Shown: piece by piece, positions 12,147 to 20,937 of the stretch
Numbering within the stretch: the stretch's first letter is position 1
Layout of the letters: the number at the start of each line of letters is the position of its first letter
DNA from: a virus
DNA: 64,000 nucleotides
Virus record (IMG/VR): IMGVR_UViG_3300021962_000061
Span: 1 to 64,000 of that record
Reading direction: 5' to 3' (one strand)
The notes under the pieces: model-generated
The model's input: the letters and a program-made list of their open reading frames with translations, nothing else
What the model was told of the DNA's origin: nothing
Database searches by the model: none
Position numbers and translations under genes: made by a program

Positions 12147-13032
12147 GATCAATTACATCCATGCATTCAAGTAGTCCACTTGTCACCCTTTCTGTCTCAT
12201 TTCCATTGGCAATTATTCTATTAGCGGTGGTTTCGGGCAGCCATTTACCAACATTTATAGTAATATCTTTATATTTGTGATACGGATATCCAAATATTTC
12301 TTCAACTTTCTGTTTATTTGGAGCAGCAATTACCTTATTCCAGAAGTTTAGAATATATCCATTTTGGGCCCTGAGGTTATGGGCAATAGTTTGTCTTGCT
12401 GATATTGCGGCACCAATAAGAACGTCACTTTTATGATTTAAGTTTCTATCAAGGTACGCTAGTTGTTTTTTCTTAATTGCATCGCTTAGAAACTGGCCAT
12501 CATTACTGTAGTTTAAATTAGTAATTTTTGTCATGTCAACTACAAAAAAGTTGGTGTCTACAGACATATCACGTGGAGGTAAACCAATCATGCCATACAT
12601 TGCTAAATGTCTATCGTACTGATATACTCTTGATAAACATAGGCCTATTTTATTACAGTTTAGGTTAGACTTTGCAAATTGCGCATAGTCTTTAACAGCA
12701 ATTGCTCCAGCCATTATGCATGAAGCAACACCAGAATATCCTGTCAAGCTAATGGCATTAAGGGTTGATAAAATTGTATTTCTAATATCAAAATCTTCTA
12801 AAACAAATACTTTGTAATTTAAATTGTTTGCTTTTACAAATTCTGATACAACCTTATCATAATCTTTAAATGCAGCATACTCTTTGTTGGTTTTGTTTTC
12901 TTCATACATCGTGTTATATTTGGACACTTGGCTACCTGGAATGATGATTGTTACATCTTCAATTCCAAGATCTCCAAGAGACTTAATTGTCAAAAAACAA
13001 CCATGATGTTGTGCAATAACAAAAGTTTTCAT
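12142..13032 (-). CDS. putative divergent GT-A fold glycosyltransferase-like protein
   Basis: N-terminal Rossmann-like pattern (FLTIKSL...VTIIIP). DTNFFVVDMTKI...NDGQFL resembles the GT8 N-x-G-V-x-x-x-D-L...DQxxL segment. No clear DxD, so tentative. Confidence 0.4.
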   Translation of the reverse strand: MKTFVIAQHHGCFLTIKSLGDLGIEDVTIIIPGSQVSKYNTMYEENKTNKEYAAFKDYDKVVSEFVKANNLNYKVFVLEDFDIRNTILSTLNAISLTGYSGVASCIMAGAIAVKDYAQFAKSNLNCNKIGLCLSRVYQYDRHLAMYGMIGLPPRDMSVDTNFFVVDMTKITNLNYSNDGQFLSDAIKKKQLAYLDRNLNHKSDVLIGAAISARQTIAHNLRAQNGYILNFWNKVIAAPNKQKVEEIFGYPYHKYKDITINVGKWLPETTANRIIANGNETERVTSGLLECMDVIDL

Positions 13033-14012
13033 GTTATTACACCTTCTTTCTGAAATACTTCTTTGTTAGCTTCATCACCAACTTCACCTGGTTTATACTG
13101 CACTTTAACATGCTTATATTTTTTTGTGTTTTCAAAAAATCTGGCAATACATTCTGCCTTATTATTATGGTGAACAGTGATTAGACCAGACTCAGGGTGT
13201 GACATTAAAGCAGCAAATTTATTATATAATGTGTCCTTGACACCACATTTATCTAAAGATGTGTAGATTGCTTCAAATGTTTTACCAACACTAACTTTTT
13301 TATTATCAACTAATCCAATACCTTTACCTAGTAGTACAGCTGCACAACCTGTTTCTGATGATAACGTAAAGTATACTTTTTTAGATTTCTTAAAGATTGG
13401 ATACATTGAAGCATCGTTCCTAACAATCCTCTCTCTGTATTTTTGTTCTAGAATTGTTTGCCACACTTTGGCCGTGATAGGGTGTATCTTTACCCACGCT
13501 CCATTATTGTATAATTCATCAACTTTTTCCCAATCAACAGCATCCTTGTTAATTAAATTAGTCCCTGGTAGTAATACTAATTCATTAACATTAGCGTATT
13601 GATTATCAAGGTCATCATCTAGAATATACTTGTCTGTTAAATTATCTTTAAGTGCTTGAGCAATTCTAAATCCATCTTCCGTTGGACCCTTTCTTATTTG
13701 TTCAACCATAATGTCTACTGTAATGCGTGTATTGCATGCAGCAATGTATAGCACTTGAGTGAGTAGGTCGGTGTACTTATAACCAGTTATAGTATCTTTA
13801 GGACTACCGTAACTGATATCGTACTCAATTTTTAACCCGTTGGGATTTTTAGGAATTAGATCAGCTATTTCTGATAATCTATCATTAGCTGGGGAACGCA
13901 GCATATTTCCTGATTTCATGAAGTGGGTAACAGTGTCGTTTACCCATTCGTTAGAGGAAAGATTAAAGAATTTTTTCTTCTTTGTTTTTGGATCAACAAC
14001 TTCATCCACCAT
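13029..14012 (-). CDS. putative GT-B glycosyltransferase (KpsS/KpsC, sialyl- or Kdo-transferase-like)
   Basis: WVKIHP and VYFTLSSETGCAAVLLGKGI match the VKxHP...T.xS.xGxEAxxxGKP signature of CMP-sugar transferases. Confidence 0.6.
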   Translation of the reverse strand: MVDEVVDPKTKKKKFFNLSSNEWVNDTVTHFMKSGNMLRSPANDRLSEIADLIPKNPNGLKIEYDISYGSPKDTITGYKYTDLLTQVLYIAACNTRITVDIMVEQIRKGPTEDGFRIAQALKDNLTDKYILDDDLDNQYANVNELVLLPGTNLINKDAVDWEKVDELYNNGAWVKIHPITAKVWQTILEQKYRERIVRNDASMYPIFKKSKKVYFTLSSETGCAAVLLGKGIGLVDNKKVSVGKTFEAIYTSLDKCGVKDTLYNKFAALMSHPESGLITVHHNNKAECIARFFENTKKYKHVKVQYKPGEVGDEANKEVFQKEGVIT

Positions 14013-14016
14013 AATA

Positions 14017-14166
14017 TTAACCCTTTTTCACATTTTCTAATTCATGCACTTTCTTTTTTAAGGTCTTGATCTCTTGATGCAAGTCCATTATCTTTTGCAA
14101 CATAATCTCAACAAAAGACTCTAACTTTCTATCAATCAATTCATTACTGACACGCTCTTCACTCAT
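14017..14166 (-). CDS. 49-aa coiled-coil protein (not in ORF track)
   Basis: MSEERVSNELIDRKLESFVEIMLQKIMDLHQEIKTLKKKVHELENVKKG; GAGGTG SD; follows a late promoter. Confidence 0.75.
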   Translation of the reverse strand: MSEERVSNELIDRKLESFVEIMLQKIMDLHQEIKTLKKKVHELENVKKG

Positions 14167-14199
14167 TGTTATTCACCTCAAGGTAATAATGATATAGTA

Positions 14200-14207
14200 T
14201 ATTTATA
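14200..14207 (-). promoter_or_regulatory. late promoter TATAAATA driving the small ORF and two GT-like genes
   Basis: Exact consensus. Confidence 0.8.
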
Positions 14208-14211
14208 TTGA

Positions 14212-16200
14212 TTAATTAAACGTAGTTACGATAGTGGTATCGAATGTTGTTGTTCTAGAAGTATTGTACGATGTGTTGCGGTTAGTGTCATAAGTTGTGT
14301 TGTATGCAGAGCTAGTTGATTTGCTTGTGTTTATCACTGTGTCTCTAGTTGTATCATATGTCGTTGTTGTGTCAAATGTGCTAACGGTATCAAACACTGT
14401 TTGAATTACTGTATCAAATGTTGATGTTGTAGATTTTGATGTAGACTTGCTCGTGTCAATTGTTGTGTCATAAGCTGTTGTTGTATTGAATACAGTTGTT
14501 GTATTATAGTTAGTGTCAATAGTAGTATCAAATGTTGATGTTGTAGATTTTGATGTAGACTTGGTTGTTGCAATTGCAGTATCAAATGTTGTAGTTGTAT
14601 TAAATACTGTTGTTGTGTCGAATACAGTTGATCTTGTAGTTTCAAATGTGGTTGTTGTGTTAAATGTTGTTACAATTGTTGTATCAAATGTTGATGTTGT
14701 AGATTTTGATGTAGACTTGGTTGTTGCATATGCAGTTTCATAAGCTGTTGTTGTATTAAATACTGTTGTTGTGTCAAATGCAGTTGATCTTGTAGTTTCA
14801 AATGTGGTTGTTGTGGACTTACTTGTACCAATAACGGTATCAAAGGTTGTTGATTTTGTTGTAGCAAATGCTGTGTTAAAAAAGAAGGAAGTATCTTTAA
14901 CAGTATTGTTCAATACTGTTGTTCCATAAGTTGTCGTTGTATTAAATGATTCCGCAGTTTGTTTAGATGTTGCAGTTGCTCTACTTGTAGCTTTAGTTGT
15001 CACGCCCGCAGCACCGGTGTTAAAGTAGAATGTTGTATTGAAGTAGAATGTAGTACCAAAATAGAATGTTGTACCACCACCGGCTGATGTGTTGTAATAG
15101 AAAGACGTATCTCTAACAGTGTTATAAGCAACATATGGACTAAAGAAGAATACTGTAACGTAGTATGTTAAACCATCATATCGTGTGCCAAAATAGAATG
15201 TAGTGCCACCACCCGCTGATGTTCCACCTCCTGCAGCAGTGCCAGCGACCCGTGTTGTTCCAAAATAGAATGTTGTGCCATATGTGGTGTTATAAATTGT
15301 AGTTGTGTTAAAAGTTGTAACTGTTTGTTTAGATGTTGCAGTTGCTTTAGATGTATTAAAGAAGAATGTTGTCTGGAATGTTGTTAACAAAGCTGTGGTT
15401 GTAGCCCTTGTTGTATCATACGTTGTATTTCTTGATGTGGCATACCCAGTTTCATAAGATGTTGTTGTAGCACCTGATGTGTTGTAAGTGGTATTTCTAC
15501 TAGTAGCTGTAGCTTTTGATGTGGCGGTAACCCCTGATGTTGCAATTACTGTATCATATGTTGTATTATAAGTTGTGGTTGTAGATTTAGAAGTTGCATA
15601 TGTAGTGTTTCTACTTGTGGCTGTAGCTAAAGTAGTGTTGTAAGTTGTATTTCTACTTGTAGCAGTTGCATTAGATGTGCTTGTGGTTCTAGACGTAGCG
15701 TATGCTGTATCATACGTTGTGTCATATGTTGTAGTTGTAGATACAGTTGTCAAATACGATGTGAGAACAACGGATGCTGTTGTTCTTGATGTGCTTGTCG
15801 TCTTTGTTGTTGTGTAAGAGGTGCCATACGTTGTGTCATATGTTGTAGTTGTAGATACAGTTGTGGCATAGGCTGTGTTTCTACTTGTTGAGGTAGTTCT
15901 AGTTGTGGCTGTTGTTTTAGTTGTATTATATGTTGTAGCGTAGCTTGTTTCAAAGGTAGTTGTTGTTGCAATTGTTGTGCCACGTGACGTATTGAATGTT
16001 GTAACGATAGTTGTATCAAATGTAGTTGTACGTGATGTTTCGTATGTGGTATCTTTTTCAGCAACATAGACTAATCGTAGAGTACCATTATCATTAACGT
16101 AAACTCTATTAATCTTACGCAAAATACCGCCATCATTAACTTTAATGATCTTAGCGTCTCGTAGTGTTCCGTTATCGTTGACAAATATTTTGCGCGGCAT
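14212..16200 (-). CDS. Thr-rich self-complementary (predicted giant beta-hairpin) virion appendage protein
   Basis: 662 aa; N-terminal triple VNDxG motif followed by ~615 aa of 2/4/6-residue T-terminated units mirrored about FFFSPY. Confidence 0.8.
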   Translation of the reverse strand: MPRKIFVNDNGTLRDAKIIKVNDGGILRKINRVYVNDNGTLRLVYVAEKDTTYETSRTTTFDTTIVTTFNTSRGTTIATTTTFETSYATTYNTTKTTATTRTTSTSRNTAYATTVSTTTTYDTTYGTSYTTTKTTSTSRTTASVVLTSYLTTVSTTTTYDTTYDTAYATSRTTSTSNATATSRNTTYNTTLATATSRNTTYATSKSTTTTYNTTYDTVIATSGVTATSKATATSRNTTYNTSGATTTSYETGYATSRNTTYDTTRATTTALLTTFQTTFFFNTSKATATSKQTVTTFNTTTIYNTTYGTTFYFGTTRVAGTAAGGGTSAGGGTTFYFGTRYDGLTYYVTVFFFSPYVAYNTVRDTSFYYNTSAGGGTTFYFGTTFYFNTTFYFNTGAAGVTTKATSRATATSKQTAESFNTTTTYGTTVLNNTVKDTSFFFNTAFATTKSTTFDTVIGTSKSTTTTFETTRSTAFDTTTVFNTTTAYETAYATTKSTSKSTTSTFDTTIVTTFNTTTTFETTRSTVFDTTTVFNTTTTFDTAIATTKSTSKSTTSTFDTTIDTNYNTTTVFNTTTAYDTTIDTSKSTSKSTTSTFDTVIQTVFDTVSTFDTTTTYDTTRDTVINTSKSTSSAYNTTYDTNRNTSYNTSRTTTFDTTIVTTFN
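14411..14719. repeat. three identical 39-bp intragenic repeats (14411, 14525, 14681)
   Basis: GTATCAAATGTTGATGTTGTAGATTTTGATGTAGACTTG; spacings 114 and 156 nt. Confidence 0.9.
15555..15864. repeat. intragenic repeats in the opposite arm (identical 40-mers at 15711 and 15825, degenerate copy at 15555)
   Basis: CATACGTTGTGTCATATGTTGTAGTTGTAGATACAGTTGT; spacings 156 and 114 nt. Confidence 0.85.
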
Positions 16201-16224
16201 TCAAATAATCTCTTTGCGAGTTAA

Positions 16225-16923
16225 TTATGGTATATAGACATACCAAACATGACCGTTGGAGCTGGCTCCAACATCACTGGGTTCCACGCTAGTTATTGTA
16301 GCAGGGGTTCGCCAGTATGCTCCACCTGTTGAATTTGAATACAATATTTGATCTTGTGCACCAGTAGCTCCGTTGGCAAGTAACTTATCCGGTACATTTA
16401 TAGCTGAGCTATTGGCAATTACAGTACCATTAATTAATATGCTAGCAGCTGATATAACAGTATTGACAGTTGAGTTACCGATAAACAATGCTGATGTGTT
16501 TAATGATAGATTAGCGCCAACAGCTACTGTAGTTGTATTAACTGTTACAATACCGATATCAATTTCAGTTGAATTGGCTGTCCAAAAGACTGTTGAATTA
16601 CCAACATAAACATTACCGGAAATATTAGCAAAGCCAGTAATCGTAGTGTTACCCAACGCGGCTGTATTTGAAACTGTCAAAGCACCATTAACTGTAACAT
16701 CGCCACGAAGAGTAGCTGCTCCACCAACATTGGCAGTTGAAGAAACATTAATGAACCCAGTTACGTCCACATTACCTGACGTAATAGTACCATCTATTTC
16801 CAACGATGATTGAGTGAGTACGGCGTTAACAGTTGAGTTGCCAATCACCAATGCTGATGTGTTTGCAACAATATTGGCGCCAACTTCTAAACCGTTTTTT
16901 ACTCTAAAATTTTGATTAGCCAT
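16225..16923 (-). CDS. fibre/structural protein with GNSTVN repeats
   Basis: MANQNFRVKNGL N-terminus, beta-repeat body, C-terminal P...NGHVWY motif. Confidence 0.7.
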   Translation of the reverse strand: MANQNFRVKNGLEVGANIVANTSALVIGNSTVNAVLTQSSLEIDGTITSGNVDVTGFINVSSTANVGGAATLRGDVTVNGALTVSNTAALGNTTITGFANISGNVYVGNSTVFWTANSTEIDIGIVTVNTTTVAVGANLSLNTSALFIGNSTVNTVISAASILINGTVIANSSAINVPDKLLANGATGAQDQILYSNSTGGAYWRTPATITSVEPSDVGASSNGHVWYVYIP

Positions 16924-16959
16924 CTTGGTTCCCTACTATCCCCGAGAGGTTTATATTAT

Positions 16960-17373
16960 TTATGAACTTATTAGTTCGACATTGAACTTAAATGTGTTTG
17001 TGCCAGCATTTGCTGGTGTAGCTCTCAACCTAACATCGCTACCACTGATATCAGCAGAATAAGCAGCTAGCTCAGCATTATCAAAAAATGATGCAAATTG
17101 AACAACTTCAACATTGGTACCATCGTGCTGCAATACAACATGGGACGTGTGATAATCAGTACCATTGGTAGCTGTTATAATGTATCTTGCAGCTCTATAT
17201 GTGGCAAGAACAAATGTGTGGACATCACCAACTGTTGTTCCTTCTATTGTAGCTGTACCAACACCTCTGTTTGTTGATTGTATCTCTAAATCAGAAACAA
17301 TTGTGTTATTAGCTTCAATATATGCAACGTGTCTTGAAATTTGAGCTATATTGAACGCCCTCGTAGTTGGCAT
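16960..17373 (-). CDS. virion structural protein (YRxAxY...HDG...ADI.G.VRLRATP domain)
   Basis: Domain is paralogous to the C-terminus of the 17378-18217 protein. Confidence 0.7.
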   Translation of the reverse strand: MPTTRAFNIAQISRHVAYIEANNTIVSDLEIQSTNRGVGTATIEGTTVGDVHTFVLATYRAARYIITATNGTDYHTSHVVLQHDGTNVEVVQFASFFDNAELAAYSADISGSDVRLRATPANAGTNTFKFNVELISS

Positions 17374-17377
17374 GTTA

Positions 17378-18217
17378 TTACACCTCTAAAATAATTCTTT
17401 TGGATTTAAAAATTGTACCAGAGCGGGTTGGTGTAGCTCTAAGTCTTACATTACCACTGTTGATATCAGCTGATAGGGTATACAATGAACCGTTACTATA
17501 TGCGATGCCGTATTCAGCAATATACGCCGTAGTGCCATCGTGAATAACTACAGCTTCACTAGATTGGAATGAATCAGAAGTATTAGCCTGCACAAGATAT
17601 TTGGCTGTTCTATAAGTTGAACTATTATAACTATCAATAGTTAATATATTGGTATCGCTAGACGAATAATCAACTGGGTATGTTAAATCAGTAGCAAATG
17701 ATGTTGTGCTTATTGATACAATTTCAATAACATCACCATTTATAGCATTAGATGTTAAAGTAATAGCTGCAGAATTTGTTTCTGAGAAGTCATCTGTTAG
17801 TATTAGCTTAGAACCGTTTAGAAATACACATTCTCTGCCTGCTGTATAAGAAAGAACGGCAGCATTATCATCAGCACCTTCAATAACAGTTGTATTGGAG
17901 GTTATTGAGTACGTATAGGTAGTTATTGTTGATATACTGTCAAGCGAATTAGCCCAGTAAACACCACCAGATGAATTTGACGATAAAACTTGGCCATCAG
18001 TACCGGTGGCGCCATTAGCATATACAGTTGTTACTGCAAGACTTGTAAGATTAGAACCAACTTCAAACGAAACAGTTCCATTTGAAGAAAATAGTTTCTC
18101 GTCCGTTAAGTTAACAGCCAGCTCACCAGCAGAAATATAGCTTGTATTTGCTGGATCAGCGGTATTTGGTGTACGTCCAGAGACTGACGTTCTTTTTATT
18201 TGAAATTTAGTAGCCAT
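17378..18217 (-). CDS. fibre protein with Mtd-N-like N-terminus
   Basis: FQIKR...GELAVNLTDEKLF; GTDGQVLSSNS repeat; C-terminal HDG/VRLRATP domain. Confidence 0.7.
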   Translation of the reverse strand: MATKFQIKRTSVSGRTPNTADPANTSYISAGELAVNLTDEKLFSSNGTVSFEVGSNLTSLAVTTVYANGATGTDGQVLSSNSSGGVYWANSLDSISTITTYTYSITSNTTVIEGADDNAAVLSYTAGRECVFLNGSKLILTDDFSETNSAAITLTSNAINGDVIEIVSISTTSFATDLTYPVDYSSSDTNILTIDSYNSSTYRTAKYLVQANTSDSFQSSEAVVIHDGTTAYIAEYGIAYSNGSLYTLSADINSGNVRLRATPTRSGTIFKSKRIILEV

Positions 18218-18232
18218 ATGGCCCTCAATGTT

Positions 18233-18250
18233 AACCAGTATATACTGGTT
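18233..18250. repeat. perfect 18-bp palindrome in a 5' UTR
   Basis: AACCAGTATATACTGGTT. Confidence 0.85.
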
Positions 18251-18286
18251 TTGACTATATTGTTATTTATTACTTCACAATGTTAA

Positions 18287-20926
18287 TTATTCTAATGTAA
18301 ACACACCACCATCCATTTTTGTTACACCACCAGGAGGAGGCGGTGGTGGCGGTGGAGGAGGTGGAGGCGGTGGAGGCGGTGGTGGGGCAGACGCAGCACT
18401 ATTCAGCGTAATTGTTGCTGTACTTGTATAAACAGATTGTTCTGTGTTATCAGAGGTGACTAAACATCTATAGCCACTACCATCCAAAGATTGAGAATCA
18501 ATTAATACATTATATGTTGATGACGTTGCACCCGGTATTTGGATCCATGGTAATGTTGCATTCTCGTAATATTCCCACTGATATTTTAGTGGCCCTAAAT
18601 CACCAGCTACAAGTGCTGCCTCAACTTTAAATAGCCAGTTTGTAAAGTTTAGTGGACCAACATAACTTGATGGTTGTGTTGTTATTGTAGGAGGACCTAA
18701 AACAACAGATGGATCAGAGTTGATGGTAATTGTTGCAGTATTTGTATAAGTATACAAACCAGTAGATAGAGATGTTACTCTACATCTATATCCATATCCA
18801 TCATATGCAGCTGTATTTAATTCAATTGACAGTGTTGGTGTAATCTCATTGGCTAACGTGATCCATGGATTGGCAATATCTGTGTAATACTCCCACTGAT
18901 ATGCTAGTGGACCTGTATCCCCTGATGCTAACGCTGCTTCCGTTCTTAAATACCAAATTGACGAGTCTGCTGGCCCTGTATAACCTTGTGGGTTTAGAGC
19001 GATGGATGGTGGCTGCAGTACAACTTGAGGGCTTGATAGAGGAAACGAAATAGAAACATTATTCTGGCCTGGTATATCATACAATTCAATTGTAATATAT
19101 TTTTCGCCAAATGCCCCATCATCAGATGTTGCAATCTGTTCGGTCACAAATGAGTAAGCAAGCGACTGTCCACCATACAAATCAATTACACCAACATTTT
19201 TAGTTGTCAATGTTCCTGTTAGTGCTATGTTTATAAACTGTTGCTCAATGCCAGTTATTCTGTACTTAATGTTACTGCCAACTGGGTAACCCCAAGCTCT
19301 GATACCAAGAATGAATGATTGACCTTCTTGTATACCAACTGTTGGTGATAAAGGATCCCCAGCCACATTGGTTGCTGAACAAGTAACAGAAACTATTCCA
19401 GTAGTATCAATAATTTTTACGCTTGATGTATATGTGCTAGATACAATCAGCGTCATTGTTTCTTCTGCTTCTATACTTGCATCAATAGTTGGTGTCACAA
19501 CTAGACTTGCTAAATTGTTATTGATTGTTAATGTTCCTGATGTAGCCACATCTATGTCAGCTGCTGTTACACCAGTAATTGTATAATTTACTGTGGTACC
19601 ATCTGGGACATTTGTAGTCTTTAGTGTAAAAGTTACTGGTTGTCCTTCACTCACGCTTGTAGCGCTAGATGTTAAATTAAAGGTTTGTGATGAATCAGTG
19701 ATTAGTACGGATGTGGATGCTACACCAGGTATTTTTAAGATAAATTGTCTTGAATCAATAATGTCGTTGGCTTTAACGGTATAGGTCTTTACTGCTGTGC
19801 CGTCATTACCAACTGTGAAGAAGTCTCTTGTTGGTGGCGAACTCACTAACTGATCGGACGTATAATTCTCAATTTCAAAATTAACTCTTGTACCAGCACT
19901 AATATTTTGTGTCGTTAAAGTTACTGTAAACTGTGTTCCTTCTTGTACAGTTGTTACTGAAGGTGTTAAAACATATGTACCACTTGTTACAGCAGTTGAT
20001 ATATCTTTAACAATTACATTAGCAGATACAGTTGGGGATACATCAGTTAGGGTGAGAACCATATTTTCCTCACCTTCTGTTGTTACGTCAGCAACTATCT
20101 GAATATTTGCTGTAGCAAACCCATATTGTGTTTGTTGGTCAAATCCATATATTGTTGATCCGTCGAGACCTAGAATAGGCTCTATAACAGCCACTGTAGA
20201 AATATTAAATGTACCAGTTACAGCACCTCCAGAAATATCACTACCATCAACACCAGTTATTTTATATGGTATTGATGTGCCACTTGGAACACCAGTTGTC
20301 ACGAGAGTGAATGTAACAGTGTCACCCTCATTAACAACACTTTTATCAGGCAGAAGTGAGTATGTGGCTAACTGCTTTACTGGCGGCCTTGTTGTATTTG
20401 ATTGAATGGAAGCAACACAATCAATATCTACAGCTTTACCTGTTTCCCCAGATGTGGCTCTTATGGTGAAGGAACTAGTACCAACTTGTGTTGGCGTTCC
20501 TGAAAACACAACATAGGCATATGTTCTGGAAGTCAGTATTGGGTCACTAACAACACTTGTACCATCTACATCAACTGATACACCAGCTGGCAACGAGCCA
20601 CTCACAACTGATACTGTAAATGCATTAGTTGTATTAGCACCCCACTCTTCAATTAGCAAAGCATTATATCTTAGTGCAACATTTGATTGCCAAGTTGGTA
20701 GTGTTCCATTTTGTGCTACAAGATCACCAGATAATAATATCTTTGGTGTTACACTAAGAGAATACGATTGGGTATTTGAAGATCCGTCAACATCAGCTGC
20801 AGTCACAGAGAAAGAATAAGACCCTACTTTTGTAGGATACCCTCTTAAATACATCAATCTATTATCAGACACTAATGAAAGGCCCGGTGGTAAATTTCCG
20901 CTTGTAACTGTGTAATTAATAGCCAT
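18287..20926 (-). CDS. multi-Ig-like-domain virion protein with polyproline C-terminus
   Basis: GNLPPGLSL/GSLPAGVS putative-Ig repeats, V.EG..VTFTL.T repeats, YQWEYY...GYGYRC Ig domains, ~18 consecutive Pro. Confidence 0.8.
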   Translation of the reverse strand: MAINYTVTSGNLPPGLSLVSDNRLMYLRGYPTKVGSYSFSVTAADVDGSSNTQSYSLSVTPKILLSGDLVAQNGTLPTWQSNVALRYNALLIEEWGANTTNAFTVSVVSGSLPAGVSVDVDGTSVVSDPILTSRTYAYVVFSGTPTQVGTSSFTIRATSGETGKAVDIDCVASIQSNTTRPPVKQLATYSLLPDKSVVNEGDTVTFTLVTTGVPSGTSIPYKITGVDGSDISGGAVTGTFNISTVAVIEPILGLDGSTIYGFDQQTQYGFATANIQIVADVTTEGEENMVLTLTDVSPTVSANVIVKDISTAVTSGTYVLTPSVTTVQEGTQFTVTLTTQNISAGTRVNFEIENYTSDQLVSSPPTRDFFTVGNDGTAVKTYTVKANDIIDSRQFILKIPGVASTSVLITDSSQTFNLTSSATSVSEGQPVTFTLKTTNVPDGTTVNYTITGVTAADIDVATSGTLTINNNLASLVVTPTIDASIEAEETMTLIVSSTYTSSVKIIDTTGIVSVTCSATNVAGDPLSPTVGIQEGQSFILGIRAWGYPVGSNIKYRITGIEQQFINIALTGTLTTKNVGVIDLYGGQSLAYSFVTEQIATSDDGAFGEKYITIELYDIPGQNNVSISFPLSSPQVVLQPPSIALNPQGYTGPADSSIWYLRTEAALASGDTGPLAYQWEYYTDIANPWITLANEITPTLSIELNTAAYDGYGYRCRVTSLSTGLYTYTNTATITINSDPSVVLGPPTITTQPSSYVGPLNFTNWLFKVEAALVAGDLGPLKYQWEYYENATLPWIQIPGATSSTYNVLIDSQSLDGSGYRCLVTSDNTEQSVYTSTATITLNSAASAPPPPPPPPPPPPPPPPPPGGVTKMDGGVFTLE

Positions 20927-20937
20927 ATTTCTCTCTG

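Noticed and set aside
14411-14719. 39-bp direct repeats resembling a CRISPR array
   Set aside because: Spacers are 75 and 117 nt, in frame and themselves repetitive; repeats lie in a coding gene; no cas genes
14212-16200. Ice-binding or ice-nucleation protein, or a disordered mucin
   Set aside because: No fixed-period TxT solenoid repeat; mirror-symmetric pairing fits an antiparallel hairpin better. Ice interaction is not excluded but is unsupported.
14212-16200. DNA/RNA-level inverted repeat explaining the symmetry
   Set aside because: Both arms are ACN-rich on the same strand and are not reverse complements; the symmetry exists only in the protein
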